Assembly (NCBI GenBank): GCA_965223245.1
Contig: CBDCVY010000013.1
Location: 3,646,883-3,710,882 of the forward strand
Source: Nitrospinaceae bacterium
GTDB lineage: Bacteria; Nitrospinota; Nitrospinia; Nitrospinales; Nitrospinaceae
Length of the DNA: 64,000 bases
Direction: 5' to 3'
Shown piece by piece: positions 28,505 through 38,876 of the stretch (the first letter of the stretch is position 1; each line of letters opens with the position of its first letter). Under the pieces are notes generated by a model. It made no database searches. It worked only from the letters and a program-made list of their open reading frames with translations, and was not told where the DNA came from. The translations under genes were made by a program, and so were the position numbers.

Positions 28505-29575
28505 ATGCCTGGAAATACGTTTGGACATTTATTTAAAGTAACTACCTGGGGTGAATCCCACGGAAAGGGTATTGGCGTTGTTGTTGATGGTTGCCCGTCC
28601 GGATTACCTTTGGTTGAGAAAGATATTCAAAAGGAATTAGAACGTCGTCGCACGGGGCAAAGTAAAGTTACCACTACTAGAAAAGAGCCGGATCAAATTA
28701 AAATACTTTCAGGTGTTTTTAAGGGAAAAACCACTGGAACCCCGATTTCTATGATGGTGGAAAATAGTGATGCGGACTCTTCCAAGTATGAGCTTATTAA
28801 AGATCTTTACCGTCCGGGCCATGCTGATTTTACCTATGATGAAAAGTATGGATTCAGGGATTACCGAGGCGGAGGCCGGAGCAGTGCTAGAGAAACCGTA
28901 GGGCGAGTGGCTGCAGGGGCGATTGCTAAAAAATTACTAGCCCTTAAAAAGATTAAAGTTTTTGCTTACACCAAGCAAATTGGCGAACTGGTAGCCAAAA
29001 AGTTTGATGTAAAAGAAATTGAAAAAAATATCGTAAGATGCCCGGATAAAAAAGTAGCTGCACAAATGGTGGATGCCATAATGAAAGTTCGAAAACAAGG
29101 GGATTCTTTAGGTGGTGTTATAGAAGTTATTGCACAGGGTGTCCCAGCCGGTTTAGGAGAACCTGTTTTTGACCGACTGGATGCAGAGTTAGCCAAAGCG
29201 TTAATGTCCCTACCAGCTGTTAAAGGAGTTGAAGTGGGAATTGGGTTTGAGGCGGCAAGACTTAAAGGATCACAATGTAATGATATTTTCATAAAAAAAG
29301 GAAAAAAAATTTCTACCAAAACCAATAATGCTGGTGGGATTTTAGGCGGAATTTCAAATGGAAACGATATTGTATTGCGAATGGTGGTAAAACCTACCTC
29401 TTCCATTAACCGGGTTCAAGATACTGTAAACCAAACAGGTAAAAAGTCTAAAATCAGAGTGGAAGGCAGACATGATCCTTGTGTAGCACCTCGAGCCGTT
29501 CCCATGGCAGAAACCATGGTTGCCCTTGTTTTAATTGATCACCTATTTCGGCAAGAGCATTCGCAGTTAAAATAA
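28505..29575 (+). CDS. aroC: Chorismate synthase
   Basis: N-terminus [29 protein letters not shown]. Conserved AroC motifs ([16 protein letters not shown]). Confidence 0.9.
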   Translation: MPGNTFGHLFKVTTWGESHGKGIGVVVDGCPSGLPLVEKDIQKELERRRTGQSKVTTTRKEPDQIKILSGVFKGKTTGTPISMMVENSDADSSKYELIKDLYRPGHADFTYDEKYGFRDYRGGGRSSARETVGRVAAGAIAKKLLALKKIKVFAYTKQIGELVAKKFDVKEIEKNIVRCPDKKVAAQMVDAIMKVRKQGDSLGGVIEVIAQGVPAGLGEPVFDRLDAELAKALMSLPAVKGVEVGIGFEAARLKGSQCNDIFIKKGKKISTKTNNAGGILGGISNGNDIVLRMVVKPTSSINRVQDTVNQTGKKSKIRVEGRHDPCVAPRAVPMAETMVALVLIDHLFRQEHSQLK

Positions 29576-29608
29576 AAGTCCTCGAATACCTACTTCCCAA
29601 AATCAAAT

Positions 29609-30412
29609 ATGGCAACCCTATATAAAGTTGGATTTTTACAAACCCATCCAGATTTCGGTCAAGTGGAGAGCAATCTGGTGGCTATCGAAAAGTCTTTCCA
29701 AAATGTTAATGCCGATTTGATGGTATTGCCTGAACTTTTTAATACAGGCTATCAATTTAAAAACATCGAGGAAGCAAAGGCCATTTCGGAGGTAATTCCT
29801 GAGGGCCAAACCACGCAGTTCTTAGTTAAGTTAGCTCAAAAAACTCAAACTGCAATCATTGCTGGCATTGCAGAAATTGAAAATGGAACTTTATTTAACT
29901 CTGCTGTCATCATTAGCTCTCAAGGGTATTTAGGAAAATACAGAAAGGCTCATATTTTTGATACAGAAAGAAAATTTTTTAAACAAGGGGATATGCCTTT
30001 AAAGACTTTTCAACTTGGCCATGCCAACGTAGGGGTCATGATCTGCTTCGATTGGCGATTTCCCGAAGTTTCTCGTACGCTGGCTTTACACGGGGCTGAC
30101 ATTATTGCCCATCCTTCCAATTTAGTCTTACCGCATTGTCCGCAATCTATGATTACCCGGTGCCTGGAAAATCGGGTATATGCTGTTACTGCTGATCGCA
30201 TAGGATCTGAAAGCCGGATTGCAGGTGAATCTCTTACATTTATTGGTCAAAGCCAGATTGTTGATCCTAATGGCGAAGTGCTTTATAGAGCTTCACAGGA
30301 CCAGGAAGAGATAAAAGTTATTGAAATCGACCTTGACCTGGCAAGGGAAAAGAAAATTAACTCCCACAATGATCTTTTAAAAGATCGAAGAGAAGATCTT
30401 TACAGAACTTAA
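29609..30412 (+). CDS. Carbon-nitrogen hydrolase family protein (nitrilase/amidase-like)
   Basis: CN-hydrolase catalytic-triad context (E in LMVLPELF; K in YRKAHIF; C in VMICFDWRFPE). Confidence 0.8.
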   Translation: MATLYKVGFLQTHPDFGQVESNLVAIEKSFQNVNADLMVLPELFNTGYQFKNIEEAKAISEVIPEGQTTQFLVKLAQKTQTAIIAGIAEIENGTLFNSAVIISSQGYLGKYRKAHIFDTERKFFKQGDMPLKTFQLGHANVGVMICFDWRFPEVSRTLALHGADIIAHPSNLVLPHCPQSMITRCLENRVYAVTADRIGSESRIAGESLTFIGQSQIVDPNGEVLYRASQDQEEIKVIEIDLDLAREKKINSHNDLLKDRREDLYRT

Positions 30413-30604
30413 TCAAATTTGTAAACTAACGCTTACTTTTTTCAGAATAATATTTGTGGATCTCAATAGTTAATTTTTTTGACGTGCTAGGATTCGCCAC
30501 CTAGAAAATAAGAGTTAGTTTCACGCACACGCAAAATAAGATTCTTAGAGGCTCCCTTAACTTCAAAGCTTTGGTTTTGAGAATATTGATATAAAGGACT
30601 TTTT

Positions 30605-31030
30605 ATGCAACCTCCGAAATCTCGATTTTTAAAAAAAGATGATGATACGATTTATGATTCTCTCACCAGTCTCACCTGGAAAGCTAAAGACTCTTGGTTG
30701 GATTTAGAAAAGGAAGTTTCTTGGGACGAAGCAAATCAATACGCTCAAGAAACCAATGATCATCAATTTGGAGGGCATAGTGATTGGAGAGTGCCCACGA
30801 TTCATGAAGCTTCATCCCTTTATGAAGAAGAAAAGTTAAACAAAGATGCTAAAGGGGGGGATATTCACCTGGATTCTATTTTTCCTCCTGGTGCAGGTAA
30901 TTGCACTTGGACCAGTAACGAACGTGGCAGTGAAGCTCAAATCATGTTTTATTTAAATGGTTGTCCCTATTGGTACGATAAAAATGATAAAACTATTTCC
31001 CATTCCGTTCGTTTAGTTCGAAGGGGTTAA
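30605..31030 (+). CDS. DUF1566 (Lcl C-terminal domain-like) protein
   Basis: Motifs LTSLTWKAKDSW...WDEANQY...GGHSDWRVPTIHEASSLYE and C-terminal SVRLVR, characteristic of DUF1566. Confidence 0.55.
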   Translation: MQPPKSRFLKKDDDTIYDSLTSLTWKAKDSWLDLEKEVSWDEANQYAQETNDHQFGGHSDWRVPTIHEASSLYEEEKLNKDAKGGDIHLDSIFPPGAGNCTWTSNERGSEAQIMFYLNGCPYWYDKNDKTISHSVRLVRRG

Positions 31031-31105
31031 TAGATACCCCAATTTTTTATATTATCTTTTCATAAAATCTGAGAACCTAAAGTAAAACCTATTGACTCTT
31101 TTACA

Positions 31106-31558
31106 ATGGATAAACTTAAGGTTCTTCAAGATATTGATAATGCTTTTGGTCATATATCCCGACCAATCCGTTTTCTAAAGAATCCCAATCATTGTTGTGA
31201 ATGTGCAGAACATGAAGAAACCTTACAGCAGGTGACCCCGGCCTCTGTAAGTTTAAAAGAAGTAGGTTCTCCAGCATGGGACCCTTTGTGTGGAATTAAA
31301 CCGGAAGCATTTCAATACTTAATGCCGGGTTTAGCACGTCTTGCGATGGGCAGGGGAGATCGTTATTATTTAGATCAATTCATGTTTCATTTAGAATCGT
31401 TCCAAATAGATGGGTTTGATACGGTTCAAACTCAAGCTATTTTAAATTTACTTTGGTTCCTATTTGAAACTATGCCTGAAGAAATCGAATCTACCCCTTG
31501 GGATGAATTAACCTTAGGGAGGGTGATTGAAAAACTGGAATTGCAACTTTGCAAATAA
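31106..31558 (+). CDS. Hypothetical protein
   Basis: 150-aa ORF with good coding periodicity. No motif recognised. Cys-rich patch NHCCECAEHEE. Confidence 0.35.
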   Translation: MDKLKVLQDIDNAFGHISRPIRFLKNPNHCCECAEHEETLQQVTPASVSLKEVGSPAWDPLCGIKPEAFQYLMPGLARLAMGRGDRYYLDQFMFHLESFQIDGFDTVQTQAILNLLWFLFETMPEEIESTPWDELTLGRVIEKLELQLCK

Positions 31559-31564
31559 ACTTAG

Positions 31565-32449
31565 CTATTTTTTATCCAGGTTGTAAACCAGCGGAATTCC
31601 ATTCGTTCCAACCGGGATATAGACTGTTGTGTGATTTGGGGAATCTGCCATTTTATTTTGTGCGTTGATGGCTTCATGTTGTAAATAATTTTTTGTTAAA
31701 GTTGAATTAATAATTTTCTGTGATTCCGCTATACCCCTTGCCTCTTCTACCCGAATTTCGGCATTTTTAATAGCGATTTGCCGTTCAATCGCTTTCTTTT
31801 CCAGTTCTTGCTCTGCAGCCAGTTTTCTTTCTACGGCTTGTGCCACCGCTTCGGGATAATCAATATTACCTACAACTAGCTTTAGCAATTGAAATGGAGT
31901 TCCCTCTAAGTGGTTTCTAAGCTTAACTAAAACTTGTTGGGAAATTTTTTCACGATTCGCTTTAATTTCTCGAGAATCAAAGCTATGGACAGCATCGCGG
32001 ACAAAAGATCGAAAAGGTTCCTTTACAAACCGAACATACCAATTTCTTCCGCCATAATTTTCCACAACCTGTTGAATAGTTCCTTCTTTGATTTCAAAAA
32101 CTCCTTGAAACCTAAAGTTTACATTGAGGTCGTCTTTTGCAAGAATTTTAAATTCCTCATTCAGGGTCATGGGGCGAAAATCTACATTTATGGCTCTATT
32201 TCGCCAAAAGGAGACACCAAAGTTTCCCGGACCTTTTACTCTTCCTTTAAAACCACCATTTCCCCATACTCGAGGTTTTTCATATACATAACCTTCATGG
32301 CCTTCGGGAGTGTAAGGATTGGTATAAATTGAAAAGAAAATTATTAGAAAAATAAAAATACACACTAAGCCCAATGTAAAAAAAATATTGGATGTTTTCA
32401 TATTCATCTCTTTTATTTGGAGGTCCTTATAATCCATGGAATTATTCAA
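31565..32449 (-). CDS. SPFH/band-7 domain membrane protein (prohibitin/HflC-like)
   Basis: An N-terminal TM helix followed by an SPFH domain. A coiled-coil A/E-rich C-terminal segment (AVAQAVERKLAAEQELEKKAIERQIAIKNAEIRVEEA). Confidence 0.7.
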   Translation of the reverse strand: MNNSMDYKDLQIKEMNMKTSNIFFTLGLVCIFIFLIIFFSIYTNPYTPEGHEGYVYEKPRVWGNGGFKGRVKGPGNFGVSFWRNRAINVDFRPMTLNEEFKILAKDDLNVNFRFQGVFEIKEGTIQQVVENYGGRNWYVRFVKEPFRSFVRDAVHSFDSREIKANREKISQQVLVKLRNHLEGTPFQLLKLVVGNIDYPEAVAQAVERKLAAEQELEKKAIERQIAIKNAEIRVEEARGIAESQKIINSTLTKNYLQHEAINAQNKMADSPNHTTVYIPVGTNGIPLVYNLDKK

Positions 32450-32572
32450 TAACTTTTTTGCCCAAGCGTAAAAACCTTGGGCGAAAAAATATTCTATTTT
32501 ATGATTGCCGGGGTTCTAGTTTTTAAAATGTTAAAAGAACTATTTTGTTGGGAAGGAGGTTAGATAGTATTT

Positions 32573-33196
32573 CTAAATACTATTTATATCGTAAACTAGT
32601 TCTTCGCCTCGCAATGCAGGCTCCTCGACCTTAATAAACAAATCTTTAAGTTTCTCAAGCACATCTGTATCGATAGAGCTTGTTCCGCGTGATTGGGCGG
32701 TAATAGAATCAAAAAGGTGTTGGTAATATAATCGATAGGTTTTAGCTAAAATAATTGAGTAATTATTTTCTATTTCTTCATCATAAAATCGATTTAAAAC
32801 ACTTTGAATTAAAGTATATAAGGCTTCTGAGTATAACTGAAAATAAGCGGACTGCTTTTCAAATTCTTCAAAATGAATTTCACTTTTGTCACCTTTTAAA
32901 TATTTGAAAATTGCTTTTCCATCAACATCCGTATTTCGTTTAAAATACTCTTGCCACATCACCATATTTTTAATGTTTTCGATAAGAGTTTTTCTGAATG
33001 CACATTTCTGATCTAAATGATTTTCTTTGGAACAAACATCGTTAACCACAGAAAAAAAAGCCTGATGAACATCTCCATTTAATTGGGTGTTATTTTGCAA
33101 GGCTTTCGCAAATAGAAACTTATTTTTGGCTTCTTCCTCGGTTGCGTATTGGTCAAAAATCCTTTGACCAAAATCTTTGACAGTCCCTATATCCAT
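32573..33196 (-). CDS. Hypothetical soluble protein (all-helical; function unknown)
   Basis: 207-aa ORF on the same strand, immediately downstream of the lipid cluster. No motif recognised. Confidence 0.35.
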   Translation of the reverse strand: MDIGTVKDFGQRIFDQYATEEEAKNKFLFAKALQNNTQLNGDVHQAFFSVVNDVCSKENHLDQKCAFRKTLIENIKNMVMWQEYFKRNTDVDGKAIFKYLKGDKSEIHFEEFEKQSAYFQLYSEALYTLIQSVLNRFYDEEIENNYSIILAKTYRLYYQHLFDSITAQSRGTSSIDTDVLEKLKDLFIKVEEPALRGEELVYDINSI

Positions 33197-33491
33197 TTAA
33201 TCCTTTTCTGGCTCATCTAAGTGTACAAGCAGATTAGCATGTCATTACTCTAAGGTAAACAGAGACCACAAATTTATTCAAGGCTATAAACTATGGGAAA
33301 TTAGAAAAAATTATTGTAAGAAAAATCGTATGCAAAAACTTTTGAAAACGTCTTTGTTATCTTTAAACCCTGCGGTTGAGTAACAGAGTAAGATAAATTA
33401 AAAGTTTCAAAAAAATTTTTAAATCTTGAAGATATTAATTGAGAATTATATTTACAAAAATATCTTTTATACGATTTCGTGATGTGGGTAT

Positions 33492-34295
33492 CTAATTAGA
33501 GCGTTGCGCTTTTTTGACGATGTCTTTATCAAAATAATTGATGGACATTCCAGCGTCGAGAACGATTCCTTGCGCATTAATGCCACTGGAACGCTTGCTT
33601 AGTAAAAATACTGCTGCATTAGCTACTTCTTGGGTAGTCAACGCTTTTTTTCTAAGGGTCAATTGTTCCGCATGAAGGTAGGAGTCTATATATCCAGGGA
33701 TCCCAGCAGATGCTGAGGATTTGAGCAGGCCTGCATTGACGGAGTTAAATCGTATTTGGGAGAAAGTACTGAAGGATTTTGCCAGAAAGCAAAGGGAAGA
33801 GTCCAGTGCTGCTTTTGCAGGTCCCATATAACCATAGTTCTCCGCTGCCATCCGTGTAGTAGATATTGAGACCGTAACAACGGAAGCATTTTTATCAAAC
33901 AATTCTTTAAATGTATTAGCAAGTTGAATAAGAGAAAAACACGAAATATCTACGCATTGCAAAAAATCTTGTTTTTTGGTTTCGTGGAATGGTTTCAAAC
34001 CTTCAGCAAAATTTGCAAATGCAATTGAGTGGACCATTCCATGAAGCACATCGGTTTCGTTTGTAATCTGGTCTTGTAATCTTTCAATATCTTCAGACTT
34101 TTCAACATCACAAACGAATACAGGTGCCGGTTTTACCAAAGCTTCAGTACACTTTTTTCGATTTTCGCTACGTACACTATATAAAACACGCGCCCCTTGC
34201 TCAGTTAGAGTTTTTCCAATAAAGTGGGCTACGCTTTTTTTGTTTGCGACACCGGTGACTAAAATGGTTTTACCTTGCAACTCAAGAAAGCTCAT
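33492..34295 (-). CDS. Enoyl-[ACP] reductase, FabI-like SDR
   Basis: N-terminal [13 protein letters not shown], cf. FabI LITGVAsxxSIA. Catalytic Y-x6-K region [11 protein letters not shown], cf. FabI YNVMGLAKA. Confidence 0.65.
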   Translation of the reverse strand: MSFLELQGKTILVTGVANKKSVAHFIGKTLTEQGARVLYSVRSENRKKCTEALVKPAPVFVCDVEKSEDIERLQDQITNETDVLHGMVHSIAFANFAEGLKPFHETKKQDFLQCVDISCFSLIQLANTFKELFDKNASVVTVSISTTRMAAENYGYMGPAKAALDSSLCFLAKSFSTFSQIRFNSVNAGLLKSSASAGIPGYIDSYLHAEQLTLRKKALTTQEVANAAVFLLSKRSSGINAQGIVLDAGMSINYFDKDIVKKAQRSN

Positions 34296-34717
34296 GGGCT
34301 ATCCTCCATCATCATTGCGGTAAATTCAACAGAACAAGCAGGTTTACCATTAACAAAAGCTTTGCCTTTCATATAATGAGCAGGTCCAACCGCTTCAATA
34401 TGATGGACTTCCATTTCTAGTTGGTCTCCTGGATATACAGGATTCTTGAACTTTACATTTTGAATTCGTGTTAATACGGGAACCCCTGAAGGAAATCCTC
34501 CAATCCTTTTCGAGATTAATATGGCTCCAGTCTGAAATATACTTTCGCAAATTAAAACTCCCGGCATGATGGGATGATTGGGATAATGTCCTTTAAAAAA
34601 CGATTCGTCAGGATTAATTTGTTTATAGGCTTTTATATATTGATTGGTTTGTTCCTGGATTTTGTCAACAAATAAAAATGGAGGCCGGTGTGGAATAGAA
34701 TTTTCAATTTCGTTCAT
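34292..34717 (-). CDS. 3-hydroxyacyl-ACP dehydratase, FabZ/FabA-like hotdog
   Basis: FabZ active-site region [28 protein letters not shown] 34717 overlaps the fabG stop (ATGA), with GGAGG upstream. Confidence 0.7.
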   Translation of the reverse strand: MNEIENSIPHRPPFLFVDKIQEQTNQYIKAYKQINPDESFFKGHYPNHPIMPGVLICESIFQTGAILISKRIGGFPSGVPVLTRIQNVKFKNPVYPGDQLEMEVHHIEAVGPAHYMKGKAFVNGKPACSVEFTAMMMEDSP

Positions 34718-34719
34718 GG

Positions 34720-35463
34720 TTATAAACCTCCAGTAACTTCCAATACCGCGCCATTTATATAAGATGATTCCCTGCAAGCAAGAAATAATACACAATGAGC
34801 TACATCTCCAACATTACCAAATCTTTTTAACGGAATTTGTTTCAAGTATTTTTCCTTTTGGTCTTCGGACAAATCAGCGATGAATTCAGTATCAATAAAT
34901 CCTGGAGAAACACAGTTGACAGTAATTTTTCGGGTTGCGACTTCTTTGGATAAAGACTTCGTAAGTGCAACTTGCCCGGCTTTGGTGGCCGCATAATTGG
35001 ACTGGCCCGGAAAACCGAATTTTCCAATGGGGGAAGTAATATTGATTATTCGCCCGTAGCGTTGGCGCATTAAACTTTGCACTCCCAACTTGCACATGTG
35101 GAAGGTTCCTGTAAGGTTGGTATCCATGACTTGGGTCCAGTCCTCTTCCCGCATCATCCCCAAAACTGAGTCGCGTCGAATTCCGGAATTATTCACTAAA
35201 ACTTCAAACTTACCAAAGGATTCTTGCATAAATTGAAAAAAGCTTTCAACCTCGGAAAATTGCGTTATATCAAATTGCTTTAGAGTTAATTGATCTTTAT
35301 ATTCTTTATTTGCTTCTTGAAACTTTTCAGCTGCTTGTTGATTAGCCTGAAACGTCGCAACCACAGTAGCCCCTGCTTGTAAAAACGACTCTACGATACC
35401 TCGGCCAATTCCGCGAGTACCACCTGTTACAATTACAGTTTGGCCTGTAAAATCGAATTTCAT
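34720..35463 (-). CDS. 3-oxoacyl-ACP reductase, FabG-like SDR
   Basis: TGGTRGIGRGI cofactor motif. NAG, YxxxK (YAATKAG). 247 aa. Confidence 0.8.
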   Translation of the reverse strand: MKFDFTGQTVIVTGGTRGIGRGIVESFLQAGATVVATFQANQQAAEKFQEANKEYKDQLTLKQFDITQFSEVESFFQFMQESFGKFEVLVNNSGIRRDSVLGMMREEDWTQVMDTNLTGTFHMCKLGVQSLMRQRYGRIINITSPIGKFGFPGQSNYAATKAGQVALTKSLSKEVATRKITVNCVSPGFIDTEFIADLSEDQKEKYLKQIPLKRFGNVGDVAHCVLFLACRESSYINGAVLEVTGGL

Positions 35464-35534
35464 GGGTAAGGAAGATTAAAGGAAGAGAGTACACAATATT
35501 CGTTTTAAAGAAACGGTATTGAGTATTTTTAAAA

Positions 35535-36983
35535 TTAAACGCTTACAACTTCTAGTTCTTCTTTTGGTGTATGCATCTTCTGTAAAAACTTGTCTACTTC
35601 GTTTGCGACTATCACTCCATAGTTCGCAGCTCCCAGCCAGCCCGACATGATAATGCCCACTGACCCAGCATGAAACAAACCAGCAATTTCTTTAGGCAAT
35701 TCTTTACTTACCTTAAGACCCTCAAATTTGGTTCCAAAGGAAACTCCTCCGGGGTGCTGAGTGTAACGCTTAAATGTTTTAGGGGTAGAAGCTTCTAAGT
35801 GACCAATCTTACTTCTTATATCAGGTACATAACGTTCCAGGGCGTTTAAAGTAGTTTCAATTAATTCCTGTTTCTTTTTTTTATATTCTTGTTCTTTTAA
35901 ATGGGCCCAATCCTGAAAACGTGCATTCGTGGAAGCTACGATGGCATACATTTTAGATCCGGGTCTCAACTCCGGATAATAAAAAGAAAATGTTCGGCTA
36001 GTAGTATGTGGTTCTAATAGCTTTTCAGAATCAAATTCTGGTTCTTGTGAAGTGAATAACAGATCCCCGATATTATCGATTTTTTCGCCACGTTTTATTC
36101 CTATATATACCTGGCAGCTACTGTCGTTCAGTCTTACCTTTTTAACTTCGTTCAGGTACTCTTCTGAGAAATGTTCATCACCTGCCAATTTATGAATTGT
36201 CGTCAATAGGTTGGAATTAGACAGTACCGCATTAGAATGAACCTCTCTTCCGTTAACCCTGACGCCAACAATCTTTTTATTTTCGACCAGAATTTTATCC
36301 ACCAAACAATGTGTGCGAATATCCACTCCATTTCGAAGAAGTTCTTTTTTCATTTTTTTTATGAGAGCATTGGTTCCACCTTCAAAGGTATAGACTCCTT
36401 TATCCATGAAATTTGAAAATACAATACCGTAAGTGATAGCAGGATCATCCAACGTAGATCCATTGGCATATGTAATGGGTTCCATGAGAAGGCGATGCAC
36501 ATCGGTTCTTCCCGGAAAGAACTTTTCAAAGAGGTCACGAGTGGTCATGCTTAAGTCGTCATAAAAATTCATGCCGCGAACGGTAGTAAAGAAATCATCT
36601 ATAGTTTCTTTTAAAATTCCAAATCGCTCACGCATTAGGTGGGTAAAGTCCACCTTATCGAAAGAAGTCATGAAAGAAAACTGAGGGTTATCAAATCGAA
36701 TATTTTTGAGGCGGATGATAGAATCGGCAATTTCTTTAGACCAATATTTTCTACAAGTCTTAATCATTCCAATGGGAAAGCCATGGAGTGAGATATCTAA
36801 TATATGCCCTCCTTTACGCTTAAACCAGGTAGCCAAACCTCCTAAATTGTAGTGGTGCTCAAGGATCAATACTTTATGACCCATTTTCGCTAGTTTGTTT
36901 GCAGCGGTGAGCCCACCTAAACCGCTACCGATGATAATTGTGTCGTATGCTTGCTTGACTCCTTTTAACCAGTATTTCGACAT
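35535..36983 (-). CDS. FAD-dependent oxidoreductase, phytoene-desaturase/amine-oxidase (CrtI/CrtN-like) family
   Basis: Dinucleotide-binding motif [30 protein letters not shown]. Start ATG 36983 shares 1 nt with the upstream stop (TAATG). Confidence 0.7.
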   Translation of the reverse strand: MSKYWLKGVKQAYDTIIIGSGLGGLTAANKLAKMGHKVLILEHHYNLGGLATWFKRKGGHILDISLHGFPIGMIKTCRKYWSKEIADSIIRLKNIRFDNPQFSFMTSFDKVDFTHLMRERFGILKETIDDFFTTVRGMNFYDDLSMTTRDLFEKFFPGRTDVHRLLMEPITYANGSTLDDPAITYGIVFSNFMDKGVYTFEGGTNALIKKMKKELLRNGVDIRTHCLVDKILVENKKIVGVRVNGREVHSNAVLSNSNLLTTIHKLAGDEHFSEEYLNEVKKVRLNDSSCQVYIGIKRGEKIDNIGDLLFTSQEPEFDSEKLLEPHTTSRTFSFYYPELRPGSKMYAIVASTNARFQDWAHLKEQEYKKKKQELIETTLNALERYVPDIRSKIGHLEASTPKTFKRYTQHPGGVSFGTKFEGLKVSKELPKEIAGLFHAGSVGIIMSGWLGAANYGVIVANEVDKFLQKMHTPKEELEVVSV

Positions 36984-38395
36984 TAAATTCTCCCGTATTC
37001 CGGTTTGCTTTGACCCTGCAAAACATGCAGATTGGCCATCGATATCCCACTCAGCGTCGCACCAATAATACCTAAAAATCCTTGATCTGTCCCACAAATA
37101 AACAAATTTCTGATGGGGGTGAATCCGTTTTTGACTTTTTTAGGGGAACCATAAACCGCACCATTGAGGTGGCCCGTATATTTTTTTATGGTTTTTGGCG
37201 TAAAAGTGTCTAAAAATACCACATGTTCCCGAAAATCGGGAAAAAATTTGAGCAAAGCTTCTACAGCTTGGTCCCTACAAGCCTTTTTAGCTGCTCGATA
37301 GTCTTTACGGATCATAGAGTCCCAAAATTTAAAATTTGCTTGATTCGTCACGCGTATAATCCCTTCGTGCAGGGAACCTTCATATTTAAAGTTGTTGGGG
37401 ACACATAAAACCCCGCTGGTTGTGTCGGTTAATTGGTCTGGAACGCGATATTGAAATTGAGGTTCTGTGCAATAGAACACTATACTTTTATCATAACCGA
37501 TTTTTTTGGGTTCACTACCTAAAACGAATAGAGATTCCAAAAAAGAAATTTGCCCGACTATGTAATTTTCCGGCCCATCTACATTAGGATGGCAAAGGTC
37601 CATGGTTTCTACATAACCGGCAGAAGATATTACTTTATCTACTTCAATAACTTCACCCGAATCAAGTTGAACCGATTGTAAAACTTCGTTTTGGTGTTTA
37701 ATTTGACTAACACCAGCCCCCATTTTTAATTCCCCTCCCAGGTTTTGGTATTTTTCAACCAGCATATTAAGAATAGAGACCATGCCTCCCTGAGGACGGG
37801 CGAACCCCTCAAAATAAACACTTTTAAACATAATGACGAATTGATAGAAATCCATATCATGCTCTTGAGCATTGCCGTAATACATAAGGGGGCAAAAAAT
37901 CATATCGATTAGAAGTGGATCGGATAAATACTGATCCAGGACCTGGCGAGAAGAGAGCTGCTGATGGTTATTGATGTCTAGCTCATTGAAATTCCGAATA
38001 TGTTCCAACAACTTGCGAAACCCATCAATTTGACTGGGAAATTGTTCGGCAATTTCCTGTTCAAAAAGGCTAAAATCGTTATTGAACCTGAGAGCTTTTC
38101 CCGGAAACCGCACTTCTGACATTTCTTGCTCGCATAATTGGAAATCTTCATGTTTCAATCGAAGTTGTTTAAGAAGCTTACCCAGTGGAGAGGATCGCAT
38201 TCCCTTTGGGGTAAAATTGGTCATAGCGTGCAAACCAACATCAAAAGTGCGATTTTTTCTTACATAAAAGGAATTGAGGCCTCCGACTTCAACATGTTTT
38301 TCAACAATTATTACCTTTTTATCGAACAGTGCTAGTCGAATGCCTGCGGCCAAACCGGATAAACCGGCTCCTATGATCAATGCATCGTAGGTCAT
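36983..38395 (-). CDS. FAD-dependent oxidoreductase, phytoene-desaturase/amine-oxidase (CrtI/CrtN-like) family
   Basis: N-terminal [32 protein letters not shown]. About 470 aa. A paralogue of the downstream enzyme. Confidence 0.7.
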   Translation of the reverse strand: MTYDALIIGAGLSGLAAGIRLALFDKKVIIVEKHVEVGGLNSFYVRKNRTFDVGLHAMTNFTPKGMRSSPLGKLLKQLRLKHEDFQLCEQEMSEVRFPGKALRFNNDFSLFEQEIAEQFPSQIDGFRKLLEHIRNFNELDINNHQQLSSRQVLDQYLSDPLLIDMIFCPLMYYGNAQEHDMDFYQFVIMFKSVYFEGFARPQGGMVSILNMLVEKYQNLGGELKMGAGVSQIKHQNEVLQSVQLDSGEVIEVDKVISSAGYVETMDLCHPNVDGPENYIVGQISFLESLFVLGSEPKKIGYDKSIVFYCTEPQFQYRVPDQLTDTTSGVLCVPNNFKYEGSLHEGIIRVTNQANFKFWDSMIRKDYRAAKKACRDQAVEALLKFFPDFREHVVFLDTFTPKTIKKYTGHLNGAVYGSPKKVKNGFTPIRNLFICGTDQGFLGIIGATLSGISMANLHVLQGQSKPEYGRI

Positions 38396-38464
38396 GAAAT
38401 GAATAATGAACCAGGAAACTTAATAAATCAATAGGGGGGAAATCGGGAAAAACGGGAATTACTA

Positions 38465-38728
38465 TTAGGTGACGGGCTCTTGATCCTGCAATCGGGGAAA
38501 TAAATAAGCAATACAGCTCGACATACTGACAAGTTCCGGGTAATCATTCTCAGGAACTTCCAAATTGTAACGTTTACGCAATTCCATCACAATGTCTAAA
38601 AAGTCCATGGAATCCAGGTCAAATTGGTCCCGCAGCTTTTCGTCGTCTTTTAGCTTGCTTAAATCCTCATCTGGGGCAATATCTGCAATGATATCAATTA
38701 TCGCTTGTCGAACTTCGTCCCGGGTCAT
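38465..38728 (-). CDS. Acyl carrier protein
   Basis: 87 aa. Phosphopantetheine attachment motif DLDSMDFLDIV. Acidic helical protein. Confidence 0.8.
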   Translation of the reverse strand: MTRDEVRQAIIDIIADIAPDEDLSKLKDDEKLRDQFDLDSMDFLDIVMELRKRYNLEVPENDYPELVSMSSCIAYLFPRLQDQEPVT

Positions 38729-38876
38729 CGAGTAGTATCTCCTAAATTCTTGATCTTAGGGGAAAAGACGCAAAATTTCAATACTATTTTTAATTCTTCC
38801 CTCTTCATTTTTTATTATTGGAAGGGCCTTGCACAGAGGCAACCTAAACAGGTTTAATACTGGATTGCTTTATGTA

